Notes under the pieces: model-generated
What the model saw: the letters and a program-made list of their open reading frames with translations, nothing else
Told to the model about the DNA's origin: nothing
Databases searched by the model: none
Program-made: the position numbers and the translations under genes
Assembly (NCBI GenBank): GCA_963761335.1
Contig: CAVXGR010000016.1
Coordinates: 256,001-320,000 of the forward strand
From: an uncultured delta proteobacterium
Lineage (GTDB): Bacteria > Desulfobacterota > Binatia > HRBIN30 > BPIQ01
Direction of reading: 5' to 3'
Length of the DNA: 64,000 bases
Shown here: piece by piece, positions 18,572-28,734 of the stretch
Layout of the letters: each line of letters starts with the position of its first letter
Numbering within the stretch: position 1 is the stretch's first letter

Positions 18572-19675
18572 TCAATGCTCCGGCTGGTGCTGGACCGTGC
18601 CCGTCTCGATCTCGAGCCCCGTTCGACTGACCGGCAGCACCAGGACCTGGGCGCCGGTGAGCCCGAGTCGAGCGGCGGCGTCCCTCATGGCGGCGGCGAT
18701 CGACTCTTCCCCTCCCGGCCGCGACAAGGCAAAGACGGCGCCGCCGCCTCCGGCGCCGGTGAGCTTGGCGCCGAGGGCGCCGGCTCCGAGGGCGGCGGCG
18801 ACGAGGGAGCGGACCTCCGCTCCGGCGCCGTGCGCGAAGCCGCAGTACTGCATCATCTCGTCGACCAGCTCCTGGTTGCGCGTGATCTGCCGCCCGAGGC
18901 CCTCGAGGTCTCCGCCGAGAAGGGCGACCTTGCCGCGCCAGGCGGTCTCCCCGATCTGCCGCGCCAGCGCCAGCATCCGGCCGCTTCCGGCGCGCCGCTC
19001 CTCGAGATAACGCCGGCGCATCGGGGCGTGCACCGCCCCGGAGTCGCGGCGCACGCCCGTGGTGGCGACGCAGAAGCGCAGCGCCGGTGCGCGCGCCCCG
19101 AGCATCTCATACGTCGCGTACGGCTCCTCGCCCAGAGGGGCGTGGGCGAGCTTGCCGCGATAGGTGATGTAGGCGACGTCGCCGAAGAGGGGCACGTAGC
19201 GATCGGCGTAGCCGCAGGTCACCCCCATCTCCATCTCCTCGGCCCGCTGCGCGATCTCGGCGACCACGTAGTCGTTGTAGCGGCGCGGGTCGAGTGCGTA
19301 GGCGGCGCGCAGGGCACAGAGAACCGCAAGCACCAGGACCGACGATCCGGCGAGGCCGCTCGAAGCCGGTACATCCGTCCACGTGGTGATGCGTGCGCCG
19401 CGTCGGCTCAATCCGGCGCCGAGCTCGGGGGCGTGCCGCAGGAGAGCATTCACCGCCGCGGCTTCCACCGCGAAGCCGCGCGGGTCCTCGATGCGTCCGC
19501 GCCCGAAGACCGCGGTCCCGCCGCCCCGGCGGCCGAGCTCGAGATCACCGCCGGCCTCGATGCGCGCCCCGCCGCGCAAGGCGACGGCGGCCGAGATGGT
19601 GGCGTAGGCGCCTTCGACGGCGTCCGTCGGACTGCCGACGACGTTGATTCGCGCCGGAAGAGATACGTCGATCAC
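18572..19675 (-). CDS. GHMP-family sugar kinase (glucuronokinase/HddA-like)
   Basis: PARINVVGSPTD, VPASSGLAGSS, CGYADRY, GAKLTGAGGGG; likely GTG start at 19675. Confidence 0.87.
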   Translation of the reverse strand: MIDVSLPARINVVGSPTDAVEGAYATISAAVALRGGARIEAGGDLELGRRGGGTAVFGRGRIEDPRGFAVEAAAVNALLRHAPELGAGLSRRGARITTWTDVPASSGLAGSSVLVLAVLCALRAAYALDPRRYNDYVVAEIAQRAEEMEMGVTCGYADRYVPLFGDVAYITYRGKLAHAPLGEEPYATYEMLGARAPALRFCVATTGVRRDSGAVHAPMRRRYLEERRAGSGRMLALARQIGETAWRGKVALLGGDLEGLGRQITRNQELVDEMMQYCGFAHGAGAEVRSLVAAALGAGALGAKLTGAGGGGAVFALSRPGGEESIAAAMRDAAARLGLTGAQVLVLPVSRTGLEIETGTVQHQPEH

Positions 19676-19835
19676 CGATCGGCGGCTATCACAGAGCCGG
19701 CTCCCTGCACAACGAGGACATGGTGCTGAGGTGTTGGGGTGTTGGGGAGACCAATTGTCGAGTCGTGTTGTGCATTCTGCGATGTCGGATACTGACAAGC
19801 ATGATTGTTGGTCATTCTGGTCGCTGCGGGCGTGG

Positions 19836-19978
19836 GTCCCCTCTCCCGCATTGCTGGCGGGAGAGGGTCAGGGTGAGGGCGCCGATCTCTTTGAAGGCCG
19901 CGAAGATCGACGAGTCTTCAGTGAAAAAGGGACCCCTCTCCTTAGTCCTCTCCCCGCGGAAATGCGGGGAGAGGCGAC
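19836..19978. repeat. Repeat family B, copy 2 (inverted relative to 14254-14400)
   Basis: Reverse complement aligns to 14254-14400, including the internal GGGGTCCCTTT..CTGAA..CTCGTCG..AGATCGGC.CCCTCACCC spacer. Confidence 0.85.
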
Positions 19979-20052
19979 TGGCGCGGCGGGTGCAGAAATA
20001 ATCGCAAGCGTCACCTGGACATTGCCGATCGTCCCCCGGATGTTGGGCTGGG

Positions 20053-20730
20053 TCAGCGGTCGACGCGAAAGCCGCCTTCTGCGTCGAGTTGGACGGCACC
20101 GGTGGCAAAGTGCCATTGCTTGAAACCGATGGTCCCGTAGCCGACGGTGCCGGCGATCTTCCGTCCGGCGAAGCCTTGGCTGACGCGAACCGCCGGTGAG
20201 TTCCACCAGGCGACGATGGAGATCGAGCGCCTGCAGCCGGCGTCGCGCGCCCGGCGCAGCGCCATGGCGTGAAAGGCGGCGTGCAGGCCGCGACCCCGGA
20301 AGGCCGGGTGGGTGAAGGCATATCCCGAGAGAGCGTCACCCTCCGCCGGAAGCAGAGTCAGCCCGAGGTAAGGCTGACAGCTGGGACGGGTCGTGTCCCA
20401 GCGGAAGTGCGCCGGCGTCTGGTCGAGGACCCCCAGGTGGCACTGCTGTCCCTCGCGCCACCGCTGGCGGACCTCCGCTTCAACGAGCCTCGGATTGATG
20501 TTACGCAGCGGTTCGATGTCGCCTTCCTCCAGCAGCGTCGAGTGCAGGCCGTGAAGTGCCGGGACCGCGGGGAGATCCGTGTCCAGGTCTCGCACCAGCA
20601 CCAGATATCGCCGCTCCACGGACCAGCGCGGTGCGGTGCGCAGCAGACCGGACCATCCCAGGATCAGTCTGGCGTCCTGGATGCGAATCGCGAATCGACG
20701 GAGGCGCGCCAGCGCGGCTTGCAAAGACAC
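20053..20730 (-). CDS. GNAT family N-acetyltransferase
   Basis: AFTHPAFRGRGLH acetyl-CoA binding motif and downstream N-x-P-A. Confidence 0.8.
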   Translation of the reverse strand: MSLQAALARLRRFAIRIQDARLILGWSGLLRTAPRWSVERRYLVLVRDLDTDLPAVPALHGLHSTLLEEGDIEPLRNINPRLVEAEVRQRWREGQQCHLGVLDQTPAHFRWDTTRPSCQPYLGLTLLPAEGDALSGYAFTHPAFRGRGLHAAFHAMALRRARDAGCRRSISIVAWWNSPAVRVSQGFAGRKIAGTVGYGTIGFKQWHFATGAVQLDAEGGFRVDR

Positions 20731-20824
20731 GGAAGGAACATAGCATGAACACTCGGTGCGGCACCTCTTGGGGCGCGCGGAACACGGGCCGCCGCCGCGC
20801 CTGGCGCTCCGATTGGCTGCGGTG

Positions 20825-22201
20825 ATGACCTCCTCGTGGCTACCGCGACTGGTGACGGAAATGCACCGGCGGCTGGTTCCCCGCTCTCCATGGGCGGAGG
20901 TCCGCCGTCTCCGGGCGCTGCAATGGCAGGCGCCGGAGCTGGTGGAGGCAGAGGCGGTGCGTCGCCTGCGGGCGCTGCTGGCGCATGCATTCGCCCATGT
21001 GCCGCGCTATCGGCGGCTGTCGAGAGAGCTCGGCATCGACGCCGGCGCCTTTGGCGGCTTCGCCGACCTGCAACGCCTGCCGCCGATCGCCAAGGCCGAG
21101 CAGCGCACCCTCTTCCCGGCGGGGGTCACGGCGGACAACCGCGCCTTGTCCGGCGCCGTCAAACGGGTCACCGGTGGCTCGACGGGCACGCCGTTGGAGT
21201 TCTACGCCGATCGCGGCGATGCCCAGCGACGGCTCGGTACCTACCTCCTGTTCCGCGAGTGGGCCGGCGTGGGCGAAGGGGATGCCCGGCTGCACGTGGC
21301 CAGCCCAACCCACTTCGCCATCCGCCCATCCCGGATCGAGCTGCTGATGCGGCGGTTGCTCCTCGGAGAGCGCCTGGTGGTCTATTCGGGCGCCGCGCTC
21401 GACCCGCAGGAGGTCCGCCGTTGGGTGGCGGGGCTGGGGCGCGGGCGACAGTACTTCCTGTGGACCTATCCGTCCTACGCGGCGCGGCTGGCCGCGGAGA
21501 TCGACGCCGGACGGCTGTCGCTGCCCGCCTGGCCGAAGGTGGTGATCAGCTATGCCGAGACGCTCACGGAGCTGAACGCCGCCAACATTGCCCGCGCCTT
21601 TCGCTGCCGGGTGGTGAACCTGTACTCGAGCATGGAGGTGCCGCTGATGGCGGTCTCCTGTCCCGACGAGCCGCGGGTGATGCACTGCAACAGCCAGCGC
21701 GCCATCGTCCGCGTCATCCGTGACGACGGCAGCGATGCCGCGGTCGGCGAGCGCGGGCGAGTGGTGGTCACCGACCTGGCGAACTACATCATGCCGTTCA
21801 TCAACTACGAGATCGGTGACTGGGCAGTGGCCGGGGGGCCGTGCTCGTGCGGGCGCGGCTTCCCCACTCTCGCCCGCCTGGAGGGCCGCAGCTCGGAGGT
21901 CATCCGCACCGTCGTGGGGCGTCAGATCGCGGCGTCGGCCCTCAGCGGATTCCTGCTGGAGAGGTGCGCGGCGGCGGTGTGCATCAGCGAGTATCAGGCT
22001 GTGCAGACCGGCCACGATACCGTGGTCCTGCGCGTCGTGCCGACGCCGGCGTTCACCGCGGAGGTCGCCAGCGAGCTACAGCGCAGCTTCGCGGAGTTTC
22101 TCGGAGCGGACATGCGAGTGACCGTCGAGGCGGTGCAGGCCATTGCCACCGAGCCGTCAGGGAAGCGCCTGGTCATCAAGTCCGAGCTGCCGCGGGATTG
22201 A
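20825..22201 (+). CDS. Phenylacetate-CoA ligase family (PaaK/CapK-like) adenylate-forming enzyme
   Basis: [46 protein letters not shown]. Alternative start at 20756. Confidence 0.85.
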   Translation: MTSSWLPRLVTEMHRRLVPRSPWAEVRRLRALQWQAPELVEAEAVRRLRALLAHAFAHVPRYRRLSRELGIDAGAFGGFADLQRLPPIAKAEQRTLFPAGVTADNRALSGAVKRVTGGSTGTPLEFYADRGDAQRRLGTYLLFREWAGVGEGDARLHVASPTHFAIRPSRIELLMRRLLLGERLVVYSGAALDPQEVRRWVAGLGRGRQYFLWTYPSYAARLAAEIDAGRLSLPAWPKVVISYAETLTELNAANIARAFRCRVVNLYSSMEVPLMAVSCPDEPRVMHCNSQRAIVRVIRDDGSDAAVGERGRVVVTDLANYIMPFINYEIGDWAVAGGPCSCGRGFPTLARLEGRSSEVIRTVVGRQIAASALSGFLLERCAAAVCISEYQAVQTGHDTVVLRVVPTPAFTAEVASELQRSFAEFLGADMRVTVEAVQAIATEPSGKRLVIKSELPRD

Positions 22202-22205
22202 GGGG

Positions 22206-22274
22206 CTTGGGGGAAACCCCTACCGGCCCCTGGGGAATTCCCAATTGCGCGTCACCTGGGGCAAATGCGATGGT
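22206..22274 (+). promoter_or_regulatory. Conserved box array, copy 1 (AAACCCCTA-N9-GGGGAATTCCCAATTG-N18-TGCGATGGT)
   Basis: Aligns without gaps to 27559-27627; contains two quasi-palindromic 14-mers 22 bp apart. Confidence 0.55.
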
Positions 22275-22358
22275 TGCCTCGGTGGCCACGGAAGGCCCCC
22301 TTTCTCTCGCTGTCTCGAGAGCCGCGCCAATGGAGTTCCGCCGGCCGGCGGGCGAAGC

Positions 22359-22414
22359 AGAAGCGGCGTCCTCGGCACGCGCCGCTTCCGAAAGCGCCGA
22401 GACGGCGCTTCTAC
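22359..22414. repeat. Repeat family C copy
   Basis: AGAAGCGGCG...CGCCGCTTCCGAAAGCGCCGAGACGGCGCTTCTAC. Confidence 0.7.
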
Positions 22415-22477
22415 CCTTCTTGAAACAGCCTCTCTTGTCCGGGGGGCGGTGCGGTGGTAGCGGTCGACAGGGGCGCG

Positions 22478-23209
22478 ATGGTGGCCGATACGCACGACGG
22501 CGAGCGCCGCGCCGTTTTTTCCGCCCGCGGGCTCTCGAAGGTCTACTCCATGGGCGAGGTGCAGGTGTACGCTCTGCGCGCGGTCGACCTCGACCTGTAT
22601 CGCGCCGAGCTGGTGGTCCTTCTCGGGCCGTCGGGAAGCGGCAAGTCGACGCTGCTCAACATCCTCGGCGGCCTCGATGTGCCGACCAGCGGCACCGTCC
22701 GCTTTCTCGATCACGATCTGACCTCCGACGACGACCGCGCCCTGACGCGCTTCCGCCGCGAGCACGTCGGTTTCGTCTTTCAGTTCTACAACCTCATCCC
22801 CAGCCTGACGGCCCGCGAGAACGTGGCGCTGGTGACCGAGATCGCCGCCGCGCCGATGCGTCCGGACGAGGCTCTCCATCTCGTCGGGCTGGGCGAACGC
22901 CTCGATCACTTCCCGGCGCAGCTCTCGGGCGGCGAGCAGCAGCGCGTCGCCATCGCCCGTGCCATCGCCAAGCGCCCCGACGTCCTGCTCTGTGACGAGC
23001 CCACCGGCGCTCTCGACTTCGAGACCGGCAAGCTGGTGTTGCAGGTGATCGAGCGGGTGAACCGCGAGCTCGGCACCACCACGGCGATCATCACGCACAA
23101 CGCCTCGGTCGCCGCCATGGGGGATCGGGTCGTGCGCCTGCGCAGCGGCGAGATCATCGGCATCGAGACCAACCCGGTGCGCGCTTCGCCGCTCGATCTG
23201 CAATGGTGA
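22478..23209 (+). CDS. ABC transporter ATP-binding protein (MacB/LolD type)
   Basis: [43 protein letters not shown]. Alternative GTG start at 22454. Confidence 0.95.
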   Translation: MVADTHDGERRAVFSARGLSKVYSMGEVQVYALRAVDLDLYRAELVVLLGPSGSGKSTLLNILGGLDVPTSGTVRFLDHDLTSDDDRALTRFRREHVGFVFQFYNLIPSLTARENVALVTEIAAAPMRPDEALHLVGLGERLDHFPAQLSGGEQQRVAIARAIAKRPDVLLCDEPTGALDFETGKLVLQVIERVNRELGTTTAIITHNASVAAMGDRVVRLRSGEIIGIETNPVRASPLDLQW

Positions 23210-23213
23210 GGCG

Positions 23214-25577
23214 ATGACGGCACTGCACCGCAAGCTGCTGCGCGATCTCCTGCACTTGCGCGGACAGGTGTTGGCCATCGCGCTGGTGGTCGCCTGTGGG
23301 GTGGCGACCTTCGTCACCACGCGCACCGCCTACGATTCCCTGCTGATGTCGCAGCAGACCTACTACGCCGCCTACCGCTTCGCCGACGTCTTCGCCTCCC
23401 TCAAGCGCGCCCCGGACTGGGTGGCCGAGCAGATCGCCGCCATTCCCGGCGTGGCGGCGGTGCGCACGCGCATCGCCTTCGACGTGGTGCTCGACGTCGC
23501 CGGACTGCCCGAGCCCGCCACCGGCCGCATCCTCTCGATTCCCCAGCGGCGGGTGCCGATGTTGAACGACATCTACCTGCGCCGCGGGCGCTTCATCGAG
23601 CCGGGCCGGCGCGACGAGGTGATCGTCGGCGAGGCGTTCGCGCTGGCGAATCACCTGGAGGTCGGCGACAGCCTTGCCGCCATCCTGAACGGCCGCTGGC
23701 AGCGCCTGCGCATCGTCGGCATCGGCCTGTCCCCGGAGTACGTCTACGAGATCCGCGGCACCGACCTGTTCCCCGACAACAAGCGCTTTGGAGTCCTGTG
23801 GATGAGCCGCGATGCCATGGGGCCGGCGTTCGACATGGAGGGCGCCTTCAACGACGTCGTCCTGACCCTGGCGCGCGACGCACTCGAGCCCGAGGTGATC
23901 GCGCGCTTGGACCGGATTCTCGACCGCTACGGCGGGCTGGGGGCCTACGGCCGGCGCGACCAGATCTCGAACCGCTTTCTCTCCGACGAGATCTCGCAGA
24001 ACCGCATCTTCGGCACCGTGCTGCCGGCCATCTTTCTCGGGGTCGCCGCCTTCCTGCTGAACGTCGTGCTGTCGCGGCTGGTGAGCACGCAGCGAGACCA
24101 GATCGCGGTTCTCAAGGCGTTTGGCTACAGCGACTTCGCGGTGGCGGTGCACTACGTCCAGTTCGCCATGGTGGCGATCCTCGGCGGCGCCGCCGCCGGC
24201 ATCGCTCTGGGTCTCTGGCTCGGGGCGCTGGTGAACGACATGTACGTCAACTTCTATCGCTTCCCGGTGCTCCGCTACGAGGCGGGCCCGACGGTGGTCC
24301 TGCTGGCCGTGGCCATCGCTGGGGGCGCCGCTCTGCTGGGGGCAATCAGCGCGGCGCGGCGCGCCCTGGCGCTGCCGCCCGCGGAGGCAATGCGGCCGGA
24401 GCCGCCGCAGCGCTTCCACGCCGGGCTCCTCGAGCGCAGTGGCGTACGGCGGTTGCTGCCGGCGACGGCGCGCATGATCATTCGCCATCTCACGCGCCGT
24501 CCGGGTCGCGCCGGCCTGTCCGTGCTGGGCATGGCCATGGCCGTCGCCATTCTCATCGTCGGGCGCTACTTCGTGGACTCGGTGCGATACATCGCCGACG
24601 TGCAGTTCCGCATCGTGCAGCAGGACGACGTCACCGTGACCTTTCAGAATCCGGTGTCGAGCCGCGCCCGCCAGGAAATTGAGCATCTGCCGGGAGTGTT
24701 GCGCGTCGAGCCCTTCCGCGCCGTGCCGGTGCGGCTGCGCTTCGGGCACCGCACCCATCGCACGGCGCTGCTCGGCTTCGAGCCGGGGGCGCAGCTGCAC
24801 CGCCTGGTGGATTCGCGATTCCATCCCTTCGAGCTGCCCCCGGCCGGAGTGCTGTTGACGGCCAAGCTGGCCGACATGCTGGGCGTGTCCCCGGGGGACC
24901 GCTTGACCGTCGAGGTGCTCGAGGGGGAGCGGCCGGTGCGGCGCCTGGCGGTGGTCGGCACCGTGGAGGAGCTGGTCGGCCTGTCGGCGTACATGACGCT
25001 CGACGGCGTCAGCCGCCTGATGCGCGAGGGCGGGGCATTCTCCGGCGCCTTCCTCGCGGTCGAGCCCAGCGCCGCGCCGCGCCTCTACGCGGAGCTGAAG
25101 CAGATCCCCGCGGTCGCCGGCGTCAGCATTCGCGAGGTGGCCCTGCGGAGCTTCGAGGACACGCTGGCGAAGAGCATGGGCATCTTCACCACGGTCCTGG
25201 TGACCTTCGCCTGCGTGATTGCCGCGGCGATGGTCTACAACGCGGCGCGCATCGCCCTCTCCGAGCGCGGCCGCGAGCTGGCGAGCCTGCGGGTCCTCGG
25301 CTTCACGCGCGGCGAGGTGTCGGTGCTGCTGCTCGGCGAGCAGGCGATTCTCACCCTGTTGGCGATTCCGCTGGGCGACTGGTTGGGCTATCAGATGTGC
25401 GCCTTGCTCGCCCGCCAGTATCAGTGGGAGCTCTTCCGGCTGCCCCTCGTGGTCACCCGCGAGACCTATCTCTTCGCCTTCCTGGTGGTGGTGATCGCGG
25501 CGGTCGCCTCGGGCCTTCTGGTGCGGCGGCGGCTCGACCGACTCGACTTGGTGGCGGTTCTGAAGACGAGGGAGTAG
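23214..25577 (+). CDS. ABC transporter permease (duplicated MacB/FtsX-like)
   Basis: Two MacB-PCD+FtsX halves ([18 protein letters not shown]); operonic with the ATPase. Confidence 0.92.
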   Translation: MTALHRKLLRDLLHLRGQVLAIALVVACGVATFVTTRTAYDSLLMSQQTYYAAYRFADVFASLKRAPDWVAEQIAAIPGVAAVRTRIAFDVVLDVAGLPEPATGRILSIPQRRVPMLNDIYLRRGRFIEPGRRDEVIVGEAFALANHLEVGDSLAAILNGRWQRLRIVGIGLSPEYVYEIRGTDLFPDNKRFGVLWMSRDAMGPAFDMEGAFNDVVLTLARDALEPEVIARLDRILDRYGGLGAYGRRDQISNRFLSDEISQNRIFGTVLPAIFLGVAAFLLNVVLSRLVSTQRDQIAVLKAFGYSDFAVAVHYVQFAMVAILGGAAAGIALGLWLGALVNDMYVNFYRFPVLRYEAGPTVVLLAVAIAGGAALLGAISAARRALALPPAEAMRPEPPQRFHAGLLERSGVRRLLPATARMIIRHLTRRPGRAGLSVLGMAMAVAILIVGRYFVDSVRYIADVQFRIVQQDDVTVTFQNPVSSRARQEIEHLPGVLRVEPFRAVPVRLRFGHRTHRTALLGFEPGAQLHRLVDSRFHPFELPPAGVLLTAKLADMLGVSPGDRLTVEVLEGERPVRRLAVVGTVEELVGLSAYMTLDGVSRLMREGGAFSGAFLAVEPSAAPRLYAELKQIPAVAGVSIREVALRSFEDTLAKSMGIFTTVLVTFACVIAAAMVYNAARIALSERGRELASLRVLGFTRGEVSVLLLGEQAILTLLAIPLGDWLGYQMCALLARQYQWELFRLPLVVTRETYLFAFLVVVIAAVASGLLVRRRLDRLDLVAVLKTRE

Positions 25578-25583
25578 GGCGGC

Positions 25584-26783
25584 ATGTCGGCTTGGCGGAT
25601 ATTGGCGGTGGCAGTTGGCCTGGCGATTGTCGCCGGCGTGACCTACCTGGCTCTGCGCACGCCGGCGGTGCGCGTCGTCATGGCGCCGGCGGAACGCGGC
25701 CGCCTGCAGGTCGCCGTCGAGGAGGAGGGGCGCACCCGCGTGCGCGACCGCTTCACCGTCGCCGCTCCCATCAGTGGCCGCCTGGCGCGCATCGCTCTGG
25801 AAGCCGGCGACGGTGTCGACCGCGGCGCGGTGGTGGCGCGCATGGCGCCGCTGCCACTCGACCCGCGGGCGCGCTCCGAGGCGACGGCGCGTCTGGACGC
25901 CGCCGAGGCGGCGCTGCGCGAGGCGAAGGCGCGCGTCGAGCAGGCGCGTGCGGCGCTCGAGCAGGCACAGCGCAGCGCCGCGCGCTCGCGCCGGCTGGGG
26001 GCCGCGGGGACCATCCCCGCCGAGCAGCGCGAGCAGGCGGAGCTCGCCGAGACCGAGCGGCAGAAGGAGCTGGAGGCGGCGCTCTTCGCCGCTCATGGCG
26101 CGGCCTTCAACCGGGAGGCGGCCCGCGCCGCGCTGATCGGTCCCGGCAGTGCCGACGGCGAGGCGCTGGTGGGGGCCTGCGAGGCGGATGCGGCGGCGTG
26201 CATCGAGCTGCGCTCGCCGATTCACGGCAGCGTCCTGCGCGTCTTCGAGAAGAGCGAGCGCGTTCTGTCGATGGGCACGCCTCTGCTCGAGCTGGGAGAT
26301 CCGCGGGCGCTGGAGATCGTCGTCGACGTGCTCTCGACCGACGCGGTGAAGGTGCACGCCGGTGATCCGATGTCGGTCGAGGACTGGGGTGGGGGCGAGG
26401 CCCGCCGCGCCCGGGTGCGGCTCGTCGAGCCGTCCGGGTTCACCAAGGTCTCGGCCCTCGGCGTCGAGGAGCAGCGCGTCAACGTCATCGGAGATTTCCT
26501 CGACGACCCGCAGCCGCTCGCCGACGGCTATCGCATCGAGGCCAGGATCGTTGTCTGGGAGGGAGCGGATGTGCTGAAGATCCCGGCGACGGCGCTCTTC
26601 CGCCACGCCAACAAGTGGAACGTCTTCACCGTGGTCGACGGCCGCGCCCGGCGCCGCGAGATCGAGGTCGGCCAGCGCAGCGACACCCAGGCACAGGTGC
26701 TCGGGGGGCTCGAGCCCGGCGACCTGGTCATCGTCCACCCGAGCGATCAGGTCGACGAGGGCGTTCCCGTCGAGCCGCTGTAG
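25584..26783 (+). CDS. Periplasmic adaptor / membrane fusion protein (HlyD/MacA family)
   Basis: N-terminal TM, APISG barrel-sandwich, alpha-hairpin, KVSALGVEEQRV, GLEPGD. Confidence 0.92.
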   Translation: MSAWRILAVAVGLAIVAGVTYLALRTPAVRVVMAPAERGRLQVAVEEEGRTRVRDRFTVAAPISGRLARIALEAGDGVDRGAVVARMAPLPLDPRARSEATARLDAAEAALREAKARVEQARAALEQAQRSAARSRRLGAAGTIPAEQREQAELAETERQKELEAALFAAHGAAFNREAARAALIGPGSADGEALVGACEADAAACIELRSPIHGSVLRVFEKSERVLSMGTPLLELGDPRALEIVVDVLSTDAVKVHAGDPMSVEDWGGGEARRARVRLVEPSGFTKVSALGVEEQRVNVIGDFLDDPQPLADGYRIEARIVVWEGADVLKIPATALFRHANKWNVFTVVDGRARRREIEVGQRSDTQAQVLGGLEPGDLVIVHPSDQVDEGVPVEPL

Positions 26784-26786
26784 CGG

Positions 26787-27533
26787 TTAGCGCGACGGAT
26801 GCATGCGGCGAATCTTCCTCATGCCGAGAAGCTCGACGAACTCGCCGAAGGTGTGGCGGCTCAGCTCTTTCATCCGCTCGATGTGACCGGCCGTCTGCCG
26901 GCGGATGGAATCGGGGTCGACCTTGCCGTTCATGCTCTCGATCTCTCGGCGGTGCACCGGCACCCGCAGCCAGCGCTCGATGAGGTGCTCGTCGGCCTCG
27001 AGATGGAACTGGAAGCCGTAGATGTTGGTGCCGTAGCGAAATGCCTGGCTGGAGCACTGCGGCGAGGAGGCCAGGTGGACGGCGCCGCGGGGGATGTCGA
27101 AGGTATCGCGGTGCCACTGGAAGAGCTGCTCGGTGGCGCGGAAGTGTTGCAGCAGGGGGTCGGCGCGCGCCGCGGCGGTGAGGGTGACCGGATACCAGCC
27201 GATCTCGCGCTCGGGGTTCTGTTCGACTCGGGCTCCCAATGCCTTGGCGATCAGCTGCGCTCCCAGGCAGATGCCGAGGACCGGGATGTGGGTCTCGATC
27301 GCCCGCTCGATCAGGCGCAGCTCGGTGCTCAGGTGGGGGTGATCGCCGACTTCGTCGACGCTCATCGGACCGCCCAGGATCACCAGACCGTGATAGCCGT
27401 CGAGGTGGGGCTGGGCGTCGGGGTGACGGCCGAAGTTGACGTAACGCATACGGAATCCGGCCGCCTTGAAGAGAGGGTTGAGAGTGCCGAGGATCTCGAA
27501 GGCGACGTGCTGGCAGACGAGAAGTTTCTTCAT
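26787..27533 (-). CDS. Class I glutamine amidotransferase-like protein
   Basis: LGGPMS, LGICLGAQ (catalytic Cys), FQFHLE (His-Glu). Confidence 0.9.
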   Translation of the reverse strand: MKKLLVCQHVAFEILGTLNPLFKAAGFRMRYVNFGRHPDAQPHLDGYHGLVILGGPMSVDEVGDHPHLSTELRLIERAIETHIPVLGICLGAQLIAKALGARVEQNPEREIGWYPVTLTAAARADPLLQHFRATEQLFQWHRDTFDIPRGAVHLASSPQCSSQAFRYGTNIYGFQFHLEADEHLIERWLRVPVHRREIESMNGKVDPDSIRRQTAGHIERMKELSRHTFGEFVELLGMRKIRRMHPSR

Positions 27534-27558
27534 TACTTCAATCGGTTACCGGGCGGAT

Positions 27559-27627
27559 CTAAGGACAAACCCCTAGTTTGGCTCGGGGAAGTCCCAATTG
27601 AATCAAGAAGAGCCGGAATGCAATGGT
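27559..27627 (+). promoter_or_regulatory. Conserved box array, copy 2
   Basis: AAACCCCTA-N9-GGGGAAGTCCCAATTG-N18-TGCAATGGT, with the same spacing as 22206-22274. Confidence 0.55.
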
Positions 27628-27678
27628 GCAGTCGTTGGCCAGGGAAGGCCCACTTACCCCGCCCGCAGCTGGATCAGC

Positions 27679-28602
27679 TCAGTTCCCCGAGCCGCTCTTT
27701 CGGGTCATCAGGGTGCGGGCGTCGTAGACGATCTTGGTGCCGGGGGGCACGGACTCGGTGAGCCAGACGTTGCCGCCGATGATCGAGCCGCGGCCGATCA
27801 CGGTGTTGCCCCCGAGAATGGTGGCGCCGGAGTAGATGGTGACGTTGTCCTCGATGGTGGGATGGCGCTTCTGGTTGCGGATCTGCTCGACGCCGGTGCG
27901 CGGCAGGCTCAGGGCACCGAGAGTGACGCCGTGGAAGAGCTTGACGTTGTTGCCGATGGTGCAGGTCTCGCCGATCACCGTGCCCGTACCGTGATCGATG
28001 AAGAAGCTCTCGCCGATCTGAGCCCCCGGGTGGATGTCGATGCCGGTCTGATTGTGGGCGTACTCGCTCATGATGCGCGGGATCATCGGCACCTGCTCGG
28101 CGTAGAGCTCGTGCGCCAGGCGATAGGTGGTGATCGCCTCGATCGCCGGGTAGCTGAAGATGACCTCCTCGACGCTCTTGGCGGCCGGGTCGCCCTCGTA
28201 GGCGGCGAGCACGTCCTTGTTCAGCAGATCCCGGATCGCCGGCAGGCGGGCGAAGAAGCGCATGACCCCCGCCTGGCTCCACTGTCGCTGGCGCGGCGCT
28301 TGCCGCAGGAGGTACGTGTCGTGGTAGGTCACGGCGCGGTGGATCTGCTCGACCAGAAGGTCGTACGCCGGGTAGATGTGCTCGCTGATCGCGAAGCGCA
28401 GACTGCTGCGGCTGAGGGGCTTGCGGCTGTAGAAGCCCAGGTAGACGACCGGCTTCAGGTGGTTCAATGCCTCGATCACGGCGCGGCTGTTGGGCAGGGC
28501 GGCGCTCTCCAGGCTGTCGATCTCGTGGCCGCCGGAATAGCTCTCGACGACGCGGTCAATGGCGGCTTCCAGCTCCGCGTGCAGGCCCTCGGTTTTGCTC
28601 AT
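27679..28602 (-). CDS. cysE: Serine O-acetyltransferase (long form)
   Basis: GDPAA, YRLAH, TGIDIHPGA, FIDHGTGTVIGET, KRHPTIED hexapeptide beta-helix. Confidence 0.9.
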   Translation of the reverse strand: MSKTEGLHAELEAAIDRVVESYSGGHEIDSLESAALPNSRAVIEALNHLKPVVYLGFYSRKPLSRSSLRFAISEHIYPAYDLLVEQIHRAVTYHDTYLLRQAPRQRQWSQAGVMRFFARLPAIRDLLNKDVLAAYEGDPAAKSVEEVIFSYPAIEAITTYRLAHELYAEQVPMIPRIMSEYAHNQTGIDIHPGAQIGESFFIDHGTGTVIGETCTIGNNVKLFHGVTLGALSLPRTGVEQIRNQKRHPTIEDNVTIYSGATILGGNTVIGRGSIIGGNVWLTESVPPGTKIVYDARTLMTRKSGSGN

Positions 28603-28734
28603 CGTGCGCTCCCCCACTGGCTTTCCGTCTGAGCATTATGCGCCGCTCCCCCCCTGGTACAAGCCGGGAGCGCGGCCAGCTTGTACACGGCAATCCCTCG
28701 GTGCTACGGCTTGGCAGCGAACAAGGGGGAAACC

